A DNA stretch of 64,000 bases, taken from contig CAWAMW010000016.1 in assembly GCA_963783305.1 (NCBI GenBank), forward strand, positions 96,001-160,000, given 5' to 3'. A program made the translations under genes and the position numbers. How positions within the stretch are numbered: position 1 is the first letter of the stretch; every line of letters starts with the position of its first letter. Below are positions 26,248-36,156 of this stretch, piece by piece. This DNA comes from an uncultured Gemmatimonadales bacterium (GTDB lineage Bacteria > Gemmatimonadota > Gemmatimonadetes > Longimicrobiales > RSA9). The notes below the pieces were generated by a model. The model did no database searches, was not told the origin of the DNA, and saw only the letters and a list, made by a program, of their open reading frames with translations.

Positions 26248-27474
26248 GTGAGCCCGACCCTGGTCCCGACGCCCTCGCTCCGTCGGCTCATGCGGCCCGC
26301 CGCGCTCCTGGCCGCTACCCTCCTCGGCGGCTGCTCCAGCTCGCTGCCACCCCTCCCGGACTGGCAGCCGGTGCCCCTGCCGGCCGACGAGGAGGTGGAG
26401 TCCGTCCTCCTCTTCTTCGGGGACCCAGGCAAATCCGACTACCAGCAGGCGCCGGTCATCGCGGATGCCGCCCGTCAGGTGGAGTCGTGGTCCGCGCGCC
26501 TGGGGCGGGACTCGGCCGTGAGCGTGGTGTATCTGGGTGACCTGGTCTATCCCGAGGGTCTGCGCCCGCCGGGGGACCCGAACTACCCGCGCGACTCGCT
26601 GTACGTCCAGGCGGAGATCGAGGTGGTGGAAGGACCGGCCGCCCGCGCCCACGAGACGCGCGCCTACTTCATTGCCGGCAACCACGACTGGGGTCAGGCC
26701 CGGGGGATCGAGGGAGTGGAGCGGCTGCGCAACCTCGACTCCTTCCTGGATCGCGCGCGCCGCCGCCAGGATGTCAACGTGGACCTGGTGCCGACCGCCG
26801 GGGAGCCGGGGCCCCACATCGTCGACATCGGCCGCTCGCTCCGGCTGATCCTGCTGGACACCGCCTGGTGGCTGCTCTCCCGCGAGCCTGAGCTCAAGAG
26901 CGGCCTCATCGCCCGGATCGAGGACGCCATGGTGGACGCCCGGTTGGAGGGTCGCGCGGTGGTCATCGCCGCCCACCACCCCTGGCAGACCGCAGGGTCG
27001 CACGGCGGCAGCATGCCCTTCTGGGAGGCGTTCGGGCTCCGCTGGTTCCTCTACAGGACGGGCGCGGTGCTCCAGGACATCAACTCGCGGCCCATGAAGG
27101 ACCTCCGGGTCGCCCTCAACGACGTTTTTTCTCGCGTCGGTCCGCCCATGGTCTTCGTCGGCGGGCACGACCACTCGCTCCAGGTCATCGAGGGCCCCGG
27201 CCCCCTCGACCCGCACTGGAGCCTCGTGAGCGGCTCCGGCGTCAAGGTCACCGAGGTGGGGCACGTCCCCGGCATGCGGTTCCGCGCCACCCGCGCGGGG
27301 TACATGACCCTGGTGACGCTGCAGAACGGAGAATCCATCCTCTACGTGCGGGGCGTCCCCGAGGAGTGGGTCGACTGCCCCACCGACGAGTATCCGGACC
27401 CGGCCGAGTGCATGGCGAACGCCCGGAACGAGTTCGACACCGTCTTCTCGATCCGCTTGTCCCGCGAGGACTGA
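26248..27474 (+). CDS. Calcineurin-like metallophosphoesterase, putative lipoprotein
   Basis: LLGGC lipobox, FGDPG, YLGDLVY, AGNHDW, AHHP and GGHDHSLQ. Confidence 0.85.
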   Translation: MSPTLVPTPSLRRLMRPAALLAATLLGGCSSSLPPLPDWQPVPLPADEEVESVLLFFGDPGKSDYQQAPVIADAARQVESWSARLGRDSAVSVVYLGDLVYPEGLRPPGDPNYPRDSLYVQAEIEVVEGPAARAHETRAYFIAGNHDWGQARGIEGVERLRNLDSFLDRARRRQDVNVDLVPTAGEPGPHIVDIGRSLRLILLDTAWWLLSREPELKSGLIARIEDAMVDARLEGRAVVIAAHHPWQTAGSHGGSMPFWEAFGLRWFLYRTGAVLQDINSRPMKDLRVALNDVFSRVGPPMVFVGGHDHSLQVIEGPGPLDPHWSLVSGSGVKVTEVGHVPGMRFRATRAGYMTLVTLQNGESILYVRGVPEEWVDCPTDEYPDPAECMANARNEFDTVFSIRLSRED

Positions 27475-27622
27475 CGACAGCCCTCCCGTTGCGCCCGTCC
27501 GTCCAGCCGCTCGATGACCTCGGCGCCACGAAAGGCGCGCCCCCGGACCCCGGTTGCGGTGGCGACGGGACTGCCGCGATCTTTTTCGGAACATCCTGAT
27601 CTCGAACCGCCGGACCGACAGA

Positions 27623-29923
27623 ATGAAAGTTTGCATCGTCGCTCCCAACTTCGCCGCGCTCCGTCTGCCGGCGCTGGTCCTCCTCACGTTCCTGTCCGCC
27701 GCGTGTGATGGCGGCGCCACCTCCGCGGAGCCGCCCTCGGCGCCCACCGGTTTTTCGGCGGAGACCGCCTCCAGCACCTCCATCGAACTGAGCTGGTCCG
27801 CCGAGGGCGACGCAGCGGCGTTCCAACTGGAGCGGGCGGGTGCCATTGGCGCGTTCGAGCCGCTGACCACCGTTAGCGCCGGCGCCCGCGCCTATACCGA
27901 TACCCGCCTGGAGCCCGACGCCGCCTACCGCTACCGGATCAGCGCGTGCGACGACGACCTCTGCTCCGCCACGCTCACCGCCAGCGCCCGGACCCTCAAG
28001 CTCCTCGCCATTGGCACCACCACTCTCCCCACCGCCACCGCGGGCGCGACGTACGAGCAGACCATCGGCGCGACCGGCGGCGACGGCAGCTACACCTGGG
28101 ATATCACCGCCGGGTCGCTCCCGCAGGGGCTGTCGCTCGAGACCGCGGGCGGCGCCGCCGTCCTCTCGGGCACCCCCACCGCCGAGGGTAGCTACACGTT
28201 CACGCTCCGGGCGCGGAGCGGCGACGACCAGGCGGCGCAGGTCGAGCTCACGCTTCAGGTGACCCCGGAGCCGCCGCCGGCCCCCACCAACCTCGCCGCC
28301 GGACAGGCCACCATGACGGCTATCCCGCTTTCATGGAGCGCGGGCGAGGACCCCGACAGCTTCGAGCTGGAGCGCACCACCGGCGTGCTGGCCAACTTCG
28401 AGGCCATCGCTACCCTGCCCGGCACCGCCCGCGGCTACACCGACTCCGCCATAACACCGGGAATCACCTACCGCTACCGTGTCCGCTCGTGTGTCGACGG
28501 CGTCTGCTCCGCTTACTCCGCCACCGTCACGATCCTGACCCCGGCGCCCCTCCAGATCATCACCGATACACTCGACATCGCGGTGATCGGCACCGCCTAT
28601 ACCGATGGAGTGATCGCTACCGGCGGTGACGGAAATCTGACCTGGGAAATCGTCGCCGGCACGCTCCCGGCTGGGCTCGCGTTGTCAAAGGCGGAATTCA
28701 GCCAGAACGCGATCATCTCCGGCACGCCCGAGGGCAAGGAGACCGCGACGTTCACCGTGGGAGTCCGGAGCGGCGATGGCCAGACCGACCAGAAGGAGCT
28801 CACGCTCGCCGTCAGGACCACCGCGCCCGTCACCATAGAGACGGTCTGGCTGCCGGTCGTCGTGGCCGAAGGACCGTACAACGTCCTGCTCCAGGCCGCC
28901 GGAGGAGATGGTGAGAACTACGACTGGTCGGTCGACTCCGGCGCTCTGCCACCGGGGCTTGCGATCGTCGGCGATTCGGTCCAGGGCAATCCGCAGGAGG
29001 TCGGGAGTTTCGACGTGACGATCCGCGTCACGAGCGGCGACCGTGCGTACAACAAGGCGTTTACGGTGCGCGTGGTGCCCCAGAGCACCGGCCGCTATGA
29101 CATCACTGCCTATCCCATCGCCGATATCCCGGACGACATCCAGCCGCACGTCGACGACGCGATCGCGCGCTGGGAAGAGGCGCTCACCGGCGACCTCTCG
29201 CCCGCGGCGTTCGCGTTCGATGAGTTCGAGCCAGGCGGCTGCTTCGGCTTCGGCGACGCGCTGAACGGCACATCGCTCGACGACATCATCATGCTGGTGA
29301 ACATCGACTCGATCGACGGCCGCGGGAGCGTCATCGGGCAGGCGGGGCCGTGTGCGGTACGTGGGGGCTCCCGCCTCCCACTGGCGGGCGTCCTCACGCT
29401 CGACGTAGCGGACCTCCAGGCCAGAGTCGGGACCGACAACCTCACCGACCTCATCTTCCACGAGATGGGGCATATCCTGGGCTTCGGCACCCTCTGGGGC
29501 GGGCTGCGGACGGCCACGGACACCGACAGCGTCAGCTTCACCGGCGAGAGAGCCGTGGAGGAATGGCGCTCTCTCGGCCGCACGGGGAACGTGCCGGTGG
29601 AGGCGACTGGCGGTGAGGGGACGAAGAACTCCCACTGGCGGGAGAGCGTCTTCGGCAACGAGGTGATGACCGGCTTCACCGAGGCGGTCGGTGTGTTCCA
29701 GCCTCTGAGCCGCGTCACCATCGCGTCCATGGCGGACCTCGGGTACGCGGTCGACCTGGGCGTCGCCGACTCCTTCAGCCTCTACGCGGCGATCATGGCC
29801 GGCGGAGGCACGGCGCGGGAGCACGGCTGGGATGTCGTACTGACGGCCCCGCCGCGCGTACTCCGCGACAACCAGTGGGGACGCACGTTCCCCCGCCAGG
29901 AGCGCGCGCCGGACCGTCCGTAG
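27623..29923 (+). CDS. Surface lipoprotein with FN3 and putative Ig domains plus a leishmanolysin (M8)-like zinc metalloprotease
   Basis: LSAAC lipobox, two FN3 repeats, three Ig-like repeats (TW.I..G.LP.GL), GQAGP, HEMGHILGFG and SHWRESVFGNEVMT. Confidence 0.8.
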   Translation: MKVCIVAPNFAALRLPALVLLTFLSAACDGGATSAEPPSAPTGFSAETASSTSIELSWSAEGDAAAFQLERAGAIGAFEPLTTVSAGARAYTDTRLEPDAAYRYRISACDDDLCSATLTASARTLKLLAIGTTTLPTATAGATYEQTIGATGGDGSYTWDITAGSLPQGLSLETAGGAAVLSGTPTAEGSYTFTLRARSGDDQAAQVELTLQVTPEPPPAPTNLAAGQATMTAIPLSWSAGEDPDSFELERTTGVLANFEAIATLPGTARGYTDSAITPGITYRYRVRSCVDGVCSAYSATVTILTPAPLQIITDTLDIAVIGTAYTDGVIATGGDGNLTWEIVAGTLPAGLALSKAEFSQNAIISGTPEGKETATFTVGVRSGDGQTDQKELTLAVRTTAPVTIETVWLPVVVAEGPYNVLLQAAGGDGENYDWSVDSGALPPGLAIVGDSVQGNPQEVGSFDVTIRVTSGDRAYNKAFTVRVVPQSTGRYDITAYPIADIPDDIQPHVDDAIARWEEALTGDLSPAAFAFDEFEPGGCFGFGDALNGTSLDDIIMLVNIDSIDGRGSVIGQAGPCAVRGGSRLPLAGVLTLDVADLQARVGTDNLTDLIFHEMGHILGFGTLWGGLRTATDTDSVSFTGERAVEEWRSLGRTGNVPVEATGGEGTKNSHWRESVFGNEVMTGFTEAVGVFQPLSRVTIASMADLGYAVDLGVADSFSLYAAIMAGGGTAREHGWDVVLTAPPRVLRDNQWGRTFPRQERAPDRP

Positions 29924-29938
29924 CCGGCGATCCGTAGC

Positions 29939-32578
29939 CTACTCCGCACGGAGCGCTACCACCGGGCTCACCCTGGCCGCGCGGCGAGCCGGGAGCCACG
30001 AGGCAATGGATGCGACCAGCAGGAACAGGGCGGGGACGGCCAGGAATATCAAAGGGTCGTTCCCGGCCGTCCGGAACAGCAGGCTCTCGATGAAACGATT
30101 CAGGACCAGCGCGGCGGCCGCGCCCAGGGCGACCCCGGCCGCCGCAAGCGTCAACCCGCGCCGCACCACCATGAACGAGACCGCGCGCGTCCCCGCGCCC
30201 AGCGCGCGCCGCACGCCGATCTCCCGCGTACGTTGCGCCACCACGAAGCCCAGTAGCCCGTAGAGTCCCACGACCGCGAGGGCCAGGGCGGCGGCCGCGA
30301 AAGCGCTGAGGACGAACGTATTGAAGCGCGGCCCCGCCACGGCGGCCGATCGGCTGCGCTCCATCGGCCGAACGTCGGGGACCGGGAGCGCCGGGTCTAC
30401 CTCCCACACCGCCTCGCGGATCGCCGCCGGCAGCCCCGCCACAGGCCCGTCGGTGCGGACCATGAGCGTCATGGCGGGCAGGACGATCTGCTGGTAGGAG
30501 AGGAACATGACCGGGGCCGGGTCGCTGTCGAGCGCTACGTCCTGGATGTCGCCCACCACGCCGATGACGGTGCGGGGCTCGCCATCGATGCCGCCCCAGT
30601 ACAACCGCCTCCCCACCGCCGCCTCGCCCGGCCAGAGCCGCTCGGCCAGTGTGCGGGTGACGATGACCGTGGGCGGATTGCCGTAGCGGTCGTCGGAGGT
30701 GAAGAGCCGCCCGCGGAGCAGCGGGACGTCCATGGTCTCGAACCAGTTGGGAGTGACCGTCCGCCAGCGCGCCGACATGTAGCCGGCCTCGCCCGCCTCC
30801 CGGGCCCGCTCCTCGGGCGTCACATCATTGGCGAGGTTGAGCCCGCTGAACGGGTCGACGAACGCCGCGGCGGCCGCCGATACGCCAGGGATGCCAGCTA
30901 CGGCGTCGAGGATGTTGCGGTAGGTCAGATAGAGCTGGAACTCCTCTGGGTAGCGCGCGTGGGGTAGGGCGAGGGGAACGGACCAGACGTCGCTGGTGCG
31001 GAACCCGGGATCGACGTCCTGGAGCCTGGAAAAGCTCCGGACCATGAGCCCGGCGCCCAGAAGGAGCATGACGGCAACGGCGACCTGCGCCACCACGAGC
31101 GCGTCCCGGAGGCGCCGCTGGCCCCGCGACGCGCCCGTCCGGCCGCTCTCCCGGAGCTGCGCCGACGCGTTGGTGCGGCCGGCCTGCAGGGCGGGGAGCA
31201 CGCCGGCCAGGAGCGCGGTCGCGAGGGAGGCGGCCGCGGCGAAGGTGAGAACGCGGAGGTCGAGCCCCACGGCGTCCACCCGCGGGATCGTTGCGGGCGC
31301 GGCGGACCGGAACGCCGCTACCGCCCAGGCCGCGGCCGCGACTCCCACGGCCGCCCCGGCGGCGGCGAGCACGAAGGTCTCGGTCAGGAGCTGCCGCACG
31401 ATACGGCCGCGGCCGGCGCCCAGCGCCACTCGTACCCCGAGGTCACGCCGGCGCGCGGTAGCGTGGGCGAGCAGCAGGTTGGCCACGTTGGCGCACGCCA
31501 TGAGGAGCAGCAGCGCCACGGCGCCCCCGAGCACCGCGCCCGCCCGCCGTATCTCCGGCCTCACCAGCGCGTCGTGGAGGCCGCGCACCTCCACGCCCCA
31601 CCCCACCATTTGCGGGTGTGATTCTGCCAGCCCGGCGCTGATTGCCGCCAGCTCCGACTCCGCTCGCGCACGCGTCGCCCCCGGGGCCAGCCGACCCACG
31701 ACGTCGAGCCAGTGGTTCGTGCGGTCCGCATCCGCCTGCGGCACCAGCGGCAGCCACAGCTCCGCGTCGAAGAACTCGAAGTCCGCCGGCATCACGCCCA
31801 CCACCGTGTGCGCTTCGTCGTCGAGCACGATGGACCGGCCCACCAGCGAGGGGTCCCCGCCGAACCGACGCTGCCAGAGGCCGTGGCTCAGAACCACCAC
31901 ACGCGCGTCGCCACCCGGAGAGTCCTCCGCTTCGCTGAACGTGCGGCCGAGCAGCGGGCGCGCCCCGAGGACTCCGAATAACGTGTGCGTCGTCGCCAGG
32001 CCCGTCAGCCGCTCCGGCTTCCCCTCCGACGTCAGGCTCACCGCCGCGTCCCGGTACGCCGCAAGCTCCGCCAGAGACTCCGACCCCGCGCGGAAGTCCA
32101 GGTAGTTCGGCTCCGACACCGAGAACGGCATGCCCCGGGGTGTCTCCTCCCGCACCAGCACCAGCCGCTCCGGGTTCTCCCACGGAAGCGGACTCAGCAC
32201 CACGCCGTCCACCACGCTGAAGATCGCCGTGGTCGCTCCGATCCCCAGCCCCAGTGTCAGCACCACCACCGTCGCCAGACCCGGCGACCGTCGGATCATC
32301 CGCACCGCCGCGCCCACGTCCTGGCCCAGCGACTCCAACCACCGGGTCCGACGCGCCGCCCGCACCTCCTCCTTGTACCGCTCCACACCCCGGAACGACA
32401 CCAGCGCCGCACGCCGCGCCTCCTCCGGCGACATCCCCTCCCGTACGTTCTTCTCCGTCTCCATCGCCACGTGGAACGCCAGCTCGTCGCTCAGCTCCCG
32501 CTCCACGTCGCCCTTCCGCACCAGCGCCCGCACCGACTTCCACGCGCCCCGCAGTCGGTCCACCAGCACCCCACCCAT
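29939..32578 (-). CDS. ADOP-type duplicated ABC permease (MacB/FtsX domains)
   Basis: ELSDELAFHVAM..., TLGLGIGATTAIFSVV, LLMACANVANLLL and QRTREIGVRRALGA. Confidence 0.92.
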   Translation of the reverse strand: MGGVLVDRLRGAWKSVRALVRKGDVERELSDELAFHVAMETEKNVREGMSPEEARRAALVSFRGVERYKEEVRAARRTRWLESLGQDVGAAVRMIRRSPGLATVVVLTLGLGIGATTAIFSVVDGVVLSPLPWENPERLVLVREETPRGMPFSVSEPNYLDFRAGSESLAELAAYRDAAVSLTSEGKPERLTGLATTHTLFGVLGARPLLGRTFSEAEDSPGGDARVVVLSHGLWQRRFGGDPSLVGRSIVLDDEAHTVVGVMPADFEFFDAELWLPLVPQADADRTNHWLDVVGRLAPGATRARAESELAAISAGLAESHPQMVGWGVEVRGLHDALVRPEIRRAGAVLGGAVALLLLMACANVANLLLAHATARRRDLGVRVALGAGRGRIVRQLLTETFVLAAAGAAVGVAAAAWAVAAFRSAAPATIPRVDAVGLDLRVLTFAAAASLATALLAGVLPALQAGRTNASAQLRESGRTGASRGQRRLRDALVVAQVAVAVMLLLGAGLMVRSFSRLQDVDPGFRTSDVWSVPLALPHARYPEEFQLYLTYRNILDAVAGIPGVSAAAAAFVDPFSGLNLANDVTPEERAREAGEAGYMSARWRTVTPNWFETMDVPLLRGRLFTSDDRYGNPPTVIVTRTLAERLWPGEAAVGRRLYWGGIDGEPRTVIGVVGDIQDVALDSDPAPVMFLSYQQIVLPAMTLMVRTDGPVAGLPAAIREAVWEVDPALPVPDVRPMERSRSAAVAGPRFNTFVLSAFAAAALALAVVGLYGLLGFVVAQRTREIGVRRALGAGTRAVSFMVVRRGLTLAAAGVALGAAAALVLNRFIESLLFRTAGNDPLIFLAVPALFLLVASIASWLPARRAARVSPVVALRAE

Positions 32579-32913
32579 TACGCCGTCCCCAGAATCAGCT
32601 CCACCGCGCCCACGTACCGCCGCCAGCTCTCCGTCTCCTCACCCAGCGCCCTCCGACCCGACACCGTCAGCTGGTAGTACTTCGCCCGCCGGTTCTGATC
32701 CGTCACCCGCCAGTCGCTGTCGATCCACCCCCGCTCCTCCAGCCGCTGCAGCGCCGGATACAGCGACCCCTGACCCACCTGCAGCAGCTCCTCCGACAAA
32801 TGCTGGATCCGCTGCGCCACCCCCCACCCGTGCATGGGCTCCAGCGCCAGCGTCTTCAGGATCAGCAGGTCGAGCGTGCCGCGGAGCACGTCGTGTGTGG
32901 CCGGATTCGTCAT
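32578..32913 (-). CDS. PadR-family transcriptional regulator (ADOP-associated)
   Basis: GTLDLLILKTL..PMHGWGV...GSLYPALQRLE..NRRAKYYQLT; TAATG overlap with the permease. Confidence 0.93.
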   Translation of the reverse strand: MTNPATHDVLRGTLDLLILKTLALEPMHGWGVAQRIQHLSEELLQVGQGSLYPALQRLEERGWIDSDWRVTDQNRRAKYYQLTVSGRRALGEETESWRRYVGAVELILGTA

Positions 32914-32980
32914 GGTTGCTCCCGTGGTGTCGGTGTCCGACATGAGGGTAATACGGGGTTGTGTCGGAAGTCAACAGGAG

Positions 32981-33009
32981 GCGGCTGCGGGCGGCTGCGG
33001 GCGGCTGCG
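32981..33009. repeat. 10-bp tandem repeat (GCGGCTGCGG) x3
   Basis: Read directly in the intergenic region. Confidence 0.8.
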
Positions 33010-33136
33010 CCGCCGTTTTCGGTCCACGGTTCACGGTTGACGGGGAAACCGGTGCGGGTGCAGGGCCGCCGCTCCGGAGGCCCGCAGGGAACAGCCGGAC
33101 GCGGACACGCCAGACGGGCTCCTGTCCTGTCGAGGG

Positions 33137-33322
33137 ACGTTCCGGTAAAGTCCCCAATGAACCGCCCGACTCCAGTTGTTTGGTGGCTTCCCCGGACTAT
33201 TTCCGGTCAGGTCCCCAATGAAATGCCCCGCGCGTCGCCTTGTCTGGGGAGTTCTCCGGAATATGTCCGGTCGGGTCCCCAACGATCGAGACGACGTCGG
33301 TTGTTTGGGGACTTGTCCGGAC
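33137..33322 (-). repeat. Dispersed palindromic-array element, copy 1
   Basis: Half unit 33137-33161, full 47-bp imperfect palindromes at 33176-33222 and 33240-33286, half unit 33301-33322, with spacers of 14/17/14 bp. The reverse complement aligns with 42266-42450. Confidence 0.85.
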
Positions 33323-33360
33323 AACGCAATGTTCCTGGTGGGGTCTCCTCCCTCCGCTCC

Positions 33361-33410
33361 CTCCGAGTCCTCCGAGTCCTCCGAGTCCTCCGAGTCCTCC
33401 GAGTCCTCCG
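33361..33410. repeat. 9-bp tandem repeat (CTCCGAGTC) x5.5
   Basis: Perfect tandem array next to the palindromic element. Confidence 0.9.
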
Positions 33411-33521
33411 TGACAGGCTGTGAAACGAGCCTTCGGCGTCCGCGAGGGTGGCAAGCTCAAGCCGGTGAGGCAACCAGCCGTGACCCGTGAACCGTGCTCC
33501 GAAAACGGCGGCGCAGCCGCC

Positions 33522-35732
33522 CTACGTCAGGATCTCCGCAAAATCCAGCTCCTCCGACCCGAGCACGAACGCCGTCGTGCCGAGCGGCGCGGCGAGCTCC
33601 TGGAGCTGCTCGTAATAGGCGGTGAAGTCGGGAACGGAGTCGGGCGGGGCGAGGCCGATGAAGACGAGGTCGGCGTCGGCGGAGACGCGGGCGAGGGTGG
33701 CGGGGAAGTCCTCGCGAGCGCCGACGAGCACGTCGGCCTCGGCGCCCACGCGGAGGCTGGCGATGGTGGCCTCCAGATTGGTGCGGGCTGCCTCGGCGGC
33801 GCTCTCGTGCGGTACCACGAGTTTGACGCAGACCCGCGTATCATTCCACTCCAGGCTGGTCCGGAGCAGGTACGCCAGCAGCATCATGAGCCCGCCGTTC
33901 CTCTGGAGGCCGCCCCACCAGATGTCGATGCGGCGGCGGTCGCCGAAGCCGCGGACCGGGTCGTACCGCAGCACCACGACGTTGCGGCGTCGCTCGTGGA
34001 GCATCTCCAGGGTGCGGCAATAGGCCTCCCGGTGTCTGGGCTCCTCGCTGGCGCCGAGGATGAAGGTGTTGGGGACGAGGGATCCCATGCCGTACGTGGA
34101 CGCCAGGCGCTCGGCGCCGTCGAACGGGGTGTCCGCCTTCACGACCCGCACGAGCGCCTGCACCCCGCGCCGGCCGAGGTACTCGTCGATGGTGCCCTCG
34201 AGCTTCCGGTTCCGCCGCGCGTCCGCCGAGTCGGCGCGCAGCACCGTGGCCACCGTCAGGAGTCCGCGGTTGTGCGTCAGGTCGCTGGCCAGCTGGACCA
34301 GGTGCCAGCGGCTCGTGGGCGCGCCAGAGAGGACGAGGATGTGCGGCCGCCAGTTGCGGGGGTCCGGCTGGTCGTCGCCGAGCCGGAGGAGCACGGAGCG
34401 TGCGAGCGACAGCAGGACGCCGCGCCGCACGTCGCCCCACGCGGTCTTCATCTCGCGCCGCTCGAGCCACAGGAACACCGCGCCGATCACCACCGCGGCC
34501 GCCGCCGTGGCCACCGGGTTGATCAGGACCATGATCACCACACACCCAACCGCGCCCAGCAGCGACAGCGACCAGTGGACCCGGAACGACGGACGGAACG
34601 ACGGGCTCCGGATCAGGCCCTCGATCCCCGCCGCCAGGTTCACCGTCATGTAGGAAGCAAGGAAGAACATGGTGAGGATCGGCGCGATGACGTTCAGCTC
34701 GCCCAGCGATACGGCCGCCAGCGCCACCAGCATGGTGACGATGGTGGCGATCCGCGGCTCATCCGCCGCTCCGGCCCCGCGGCCCAGGCCGGACATCCAG
34801 CGCGGTAGCACATTGTCACGCGCCAGAGCCTGCAGCACTCGCGGTCCCCCCAGGATGCTGCCCAATGCGCTGGATAGCGTGGCGCCCCAGACGCCCAGCA
34901 GGACGGCATCGCCCCAGAAGGCCATGCGGCGCATGACCAGCGGGTCCTCGATGAGCGTGCTCGGGTCCGCCCGCAGCGACAGGATCACAGGGAGCGTCAT
35001 GTACACCACGTAGCCCACCGCCAGCGCCGCCAGCGTGCCGCGGGGGATCGAGCGCGCCGGGTCCTTCAGGTCGCCGCTCATGTTCACCCCGGCCTCGATC
35101 CCGGTCACCGCCGGGAAGAACACCGCGAGCACCACCCAGAACCCGGCGCTCGGCCCGGGCGCCGGCTGGAGCTGGAGCGTCGTCTCCTCCAGCGGGCTCC
35201 CGAAGAGGAACGAGATCAGCGACAGCGCGATGGCCGCCATGATGAAGTACTGCGCCCGGATCGCCAGCCGCGCGCTGGTGATTGCCAGGATCGCCACCAC
35301 GATGGTGGTCCCGGCTGCCAGCATTCGCTGGTCCAGCATCGGGAAGACGCGGACCACGCTCTCCGCGAACCCGATCGTGTAGAGCGCCACGGAGAACGCC
35401 AGGGCGAAGTAGACGGGGATCCCGACGGCACCACCCGTCTCCACGCCCAGCGACCGGCTGATCATGTAGTACGCGCCGCCCGCCCGGACCCTCCGATCCG
35501 TGGCGATGGACGACATGGAGAGCGCCGTGAGCGCCGTGATGCTGGTGCAGATGGTGACGATGATGAGCGTCTGGATCAGCCCCACGTTGCCCACGACCCA
35601 GCCGAAGCGCAGGTACATGATCACGCCCAGGATCGTCAGGATCGAGGGTGTGAATACGCCCCCGAAGGTGCCGAAGCCGGCGCCCTGCGACGCGCCCGGG
35701 CGCGGCCGGGACTCCTCGACAGGGGGGCTCAC
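33522..35732 (-). CDS. Cation-chloride cotransporter (CCC/SLC12-like, APC superfamily)
   Basis: FGTFGGVFTPSILTILGVIMYLRFGWVVG, GGAYYMISRSLG, FFPAVTGI.AG.NMSGDL, RNWRPHILV and IDIWWGG. Confidence 0.9.
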   Translation of the reverse strand: MSPPVEESRPRPGASQGAGFGTFGGVFTPSILTILGVIMYLRFGWVVGNVGLIQTLIIVTICTSITALTALSMSSIATDRRVRAGGAYYMISRSLGVETGGAVGIPVYFALAFSVALYTIGFAESVVRVFPMLDQRMLAAGTTIVVAILAITSARLAIRAQYFIMAAIALSLISFLFGSPLEETTLQLQPAPGPSAGFWVVLAVFFPAVTGIEAGVNMSGDLKDPARSIPRGTLAALAVGYVVYMTLPVILSLRADPSTLIEDPLVMRRMAFWGDAVLLGVWGATLSSALGSILGGPRVLQALARDNVLPRWMSGLGRGAGAADEPRIATIVTMLVALAAVSLGELNVIAPILTMFFLASYMTVNLAAGIEGLIRSPSFRPSFRVHWSLSLLGAVGCVVIMVLINPVATAAAAVVIGAVFLWLERREMKTAWGDVRRGVLLSLARSVLLRLGDDQPDPRNWRPHILVLSGAPTSRWHLVQLASDLTHNRGLLTVATVLRADSADARRNRKLEGTIDEYLGRRGVQALVRVVKADTPFDGAERLASTYGMGSLVPNTFILGASEEPRHREAYCRTLEMLHERRRNVVVLRYDPVRGFGDRRRIDIWWGGLQRNGGLMMLLAYLLRTSLEWNDTRVCVKLVVPHESAAEAARTNLEATIASLRVGAEADVLVGAREDFPATLARVSADADLVFIGLAPPDSVPDFTAYYEQLQELAAPLGTTAFVLGSEELDFAEILT

Positions 35733-35781
35733 CGGCCGATGGCTCCCGTACCTGCCCGGGCAGGTGCCGCGGCCATGCGCG

Positions 35782-35880
35782 TCATCCGCACGCTCGGAGC
35801 CCCAGGTTCAGCAGGACGGTGAGGACGACGGAAAGGACCATGCTCCAGAGGCAGCCGCCCCGACTGAAACGTGCGGGCAT
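35782..35880 (-). CDS. Putative 32-aa single-TM small protein
   Basis: Below the ORF-track cutoff. MPARFSRGGCLWSMVLSVVLTVLLNLGLRACG*, in an otherwise empty intergenic region. Confidence 0.45.
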   Translation of the reverse strand: MPARFSRGGCLWSMVLSVVLTVLLNLGLRACG

Positions 35881-36156
35881 GATGGGTATCGGTTCCGTTT
35901 TCTGCGTGGGTCGTAGGCGCCGTGCCGAGGGGTGACGTCGCCACGAAGATCACGGCCGCGGGCGCGGATCGCCAGTCGCCGGGGCAACCGCGTGGAGCGC
36001 CCACGACCCGCGCACGATCTGCGCCCGCGGACAGACTGCGCTGGGTCGAGGCTGAAACCAGTATCGGGACAGGGGCGTAGGGATCGTCGAAGCCAGGGCT
36101 CCCCTGCGAGGTCCAGAGCCCGTGCCTGCTGAATACGAGCCGACGATCGATTTTTC

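Noticed and set aside
33137..33322. CRISPR array interpretation of the repeat-spacer pattern (also 42266-42450)
   Set aside because: Repeats are degenerate 47-mers, spacers are only 14-17 bp with identical lengths in both copies, and there are no cas genes in the window.
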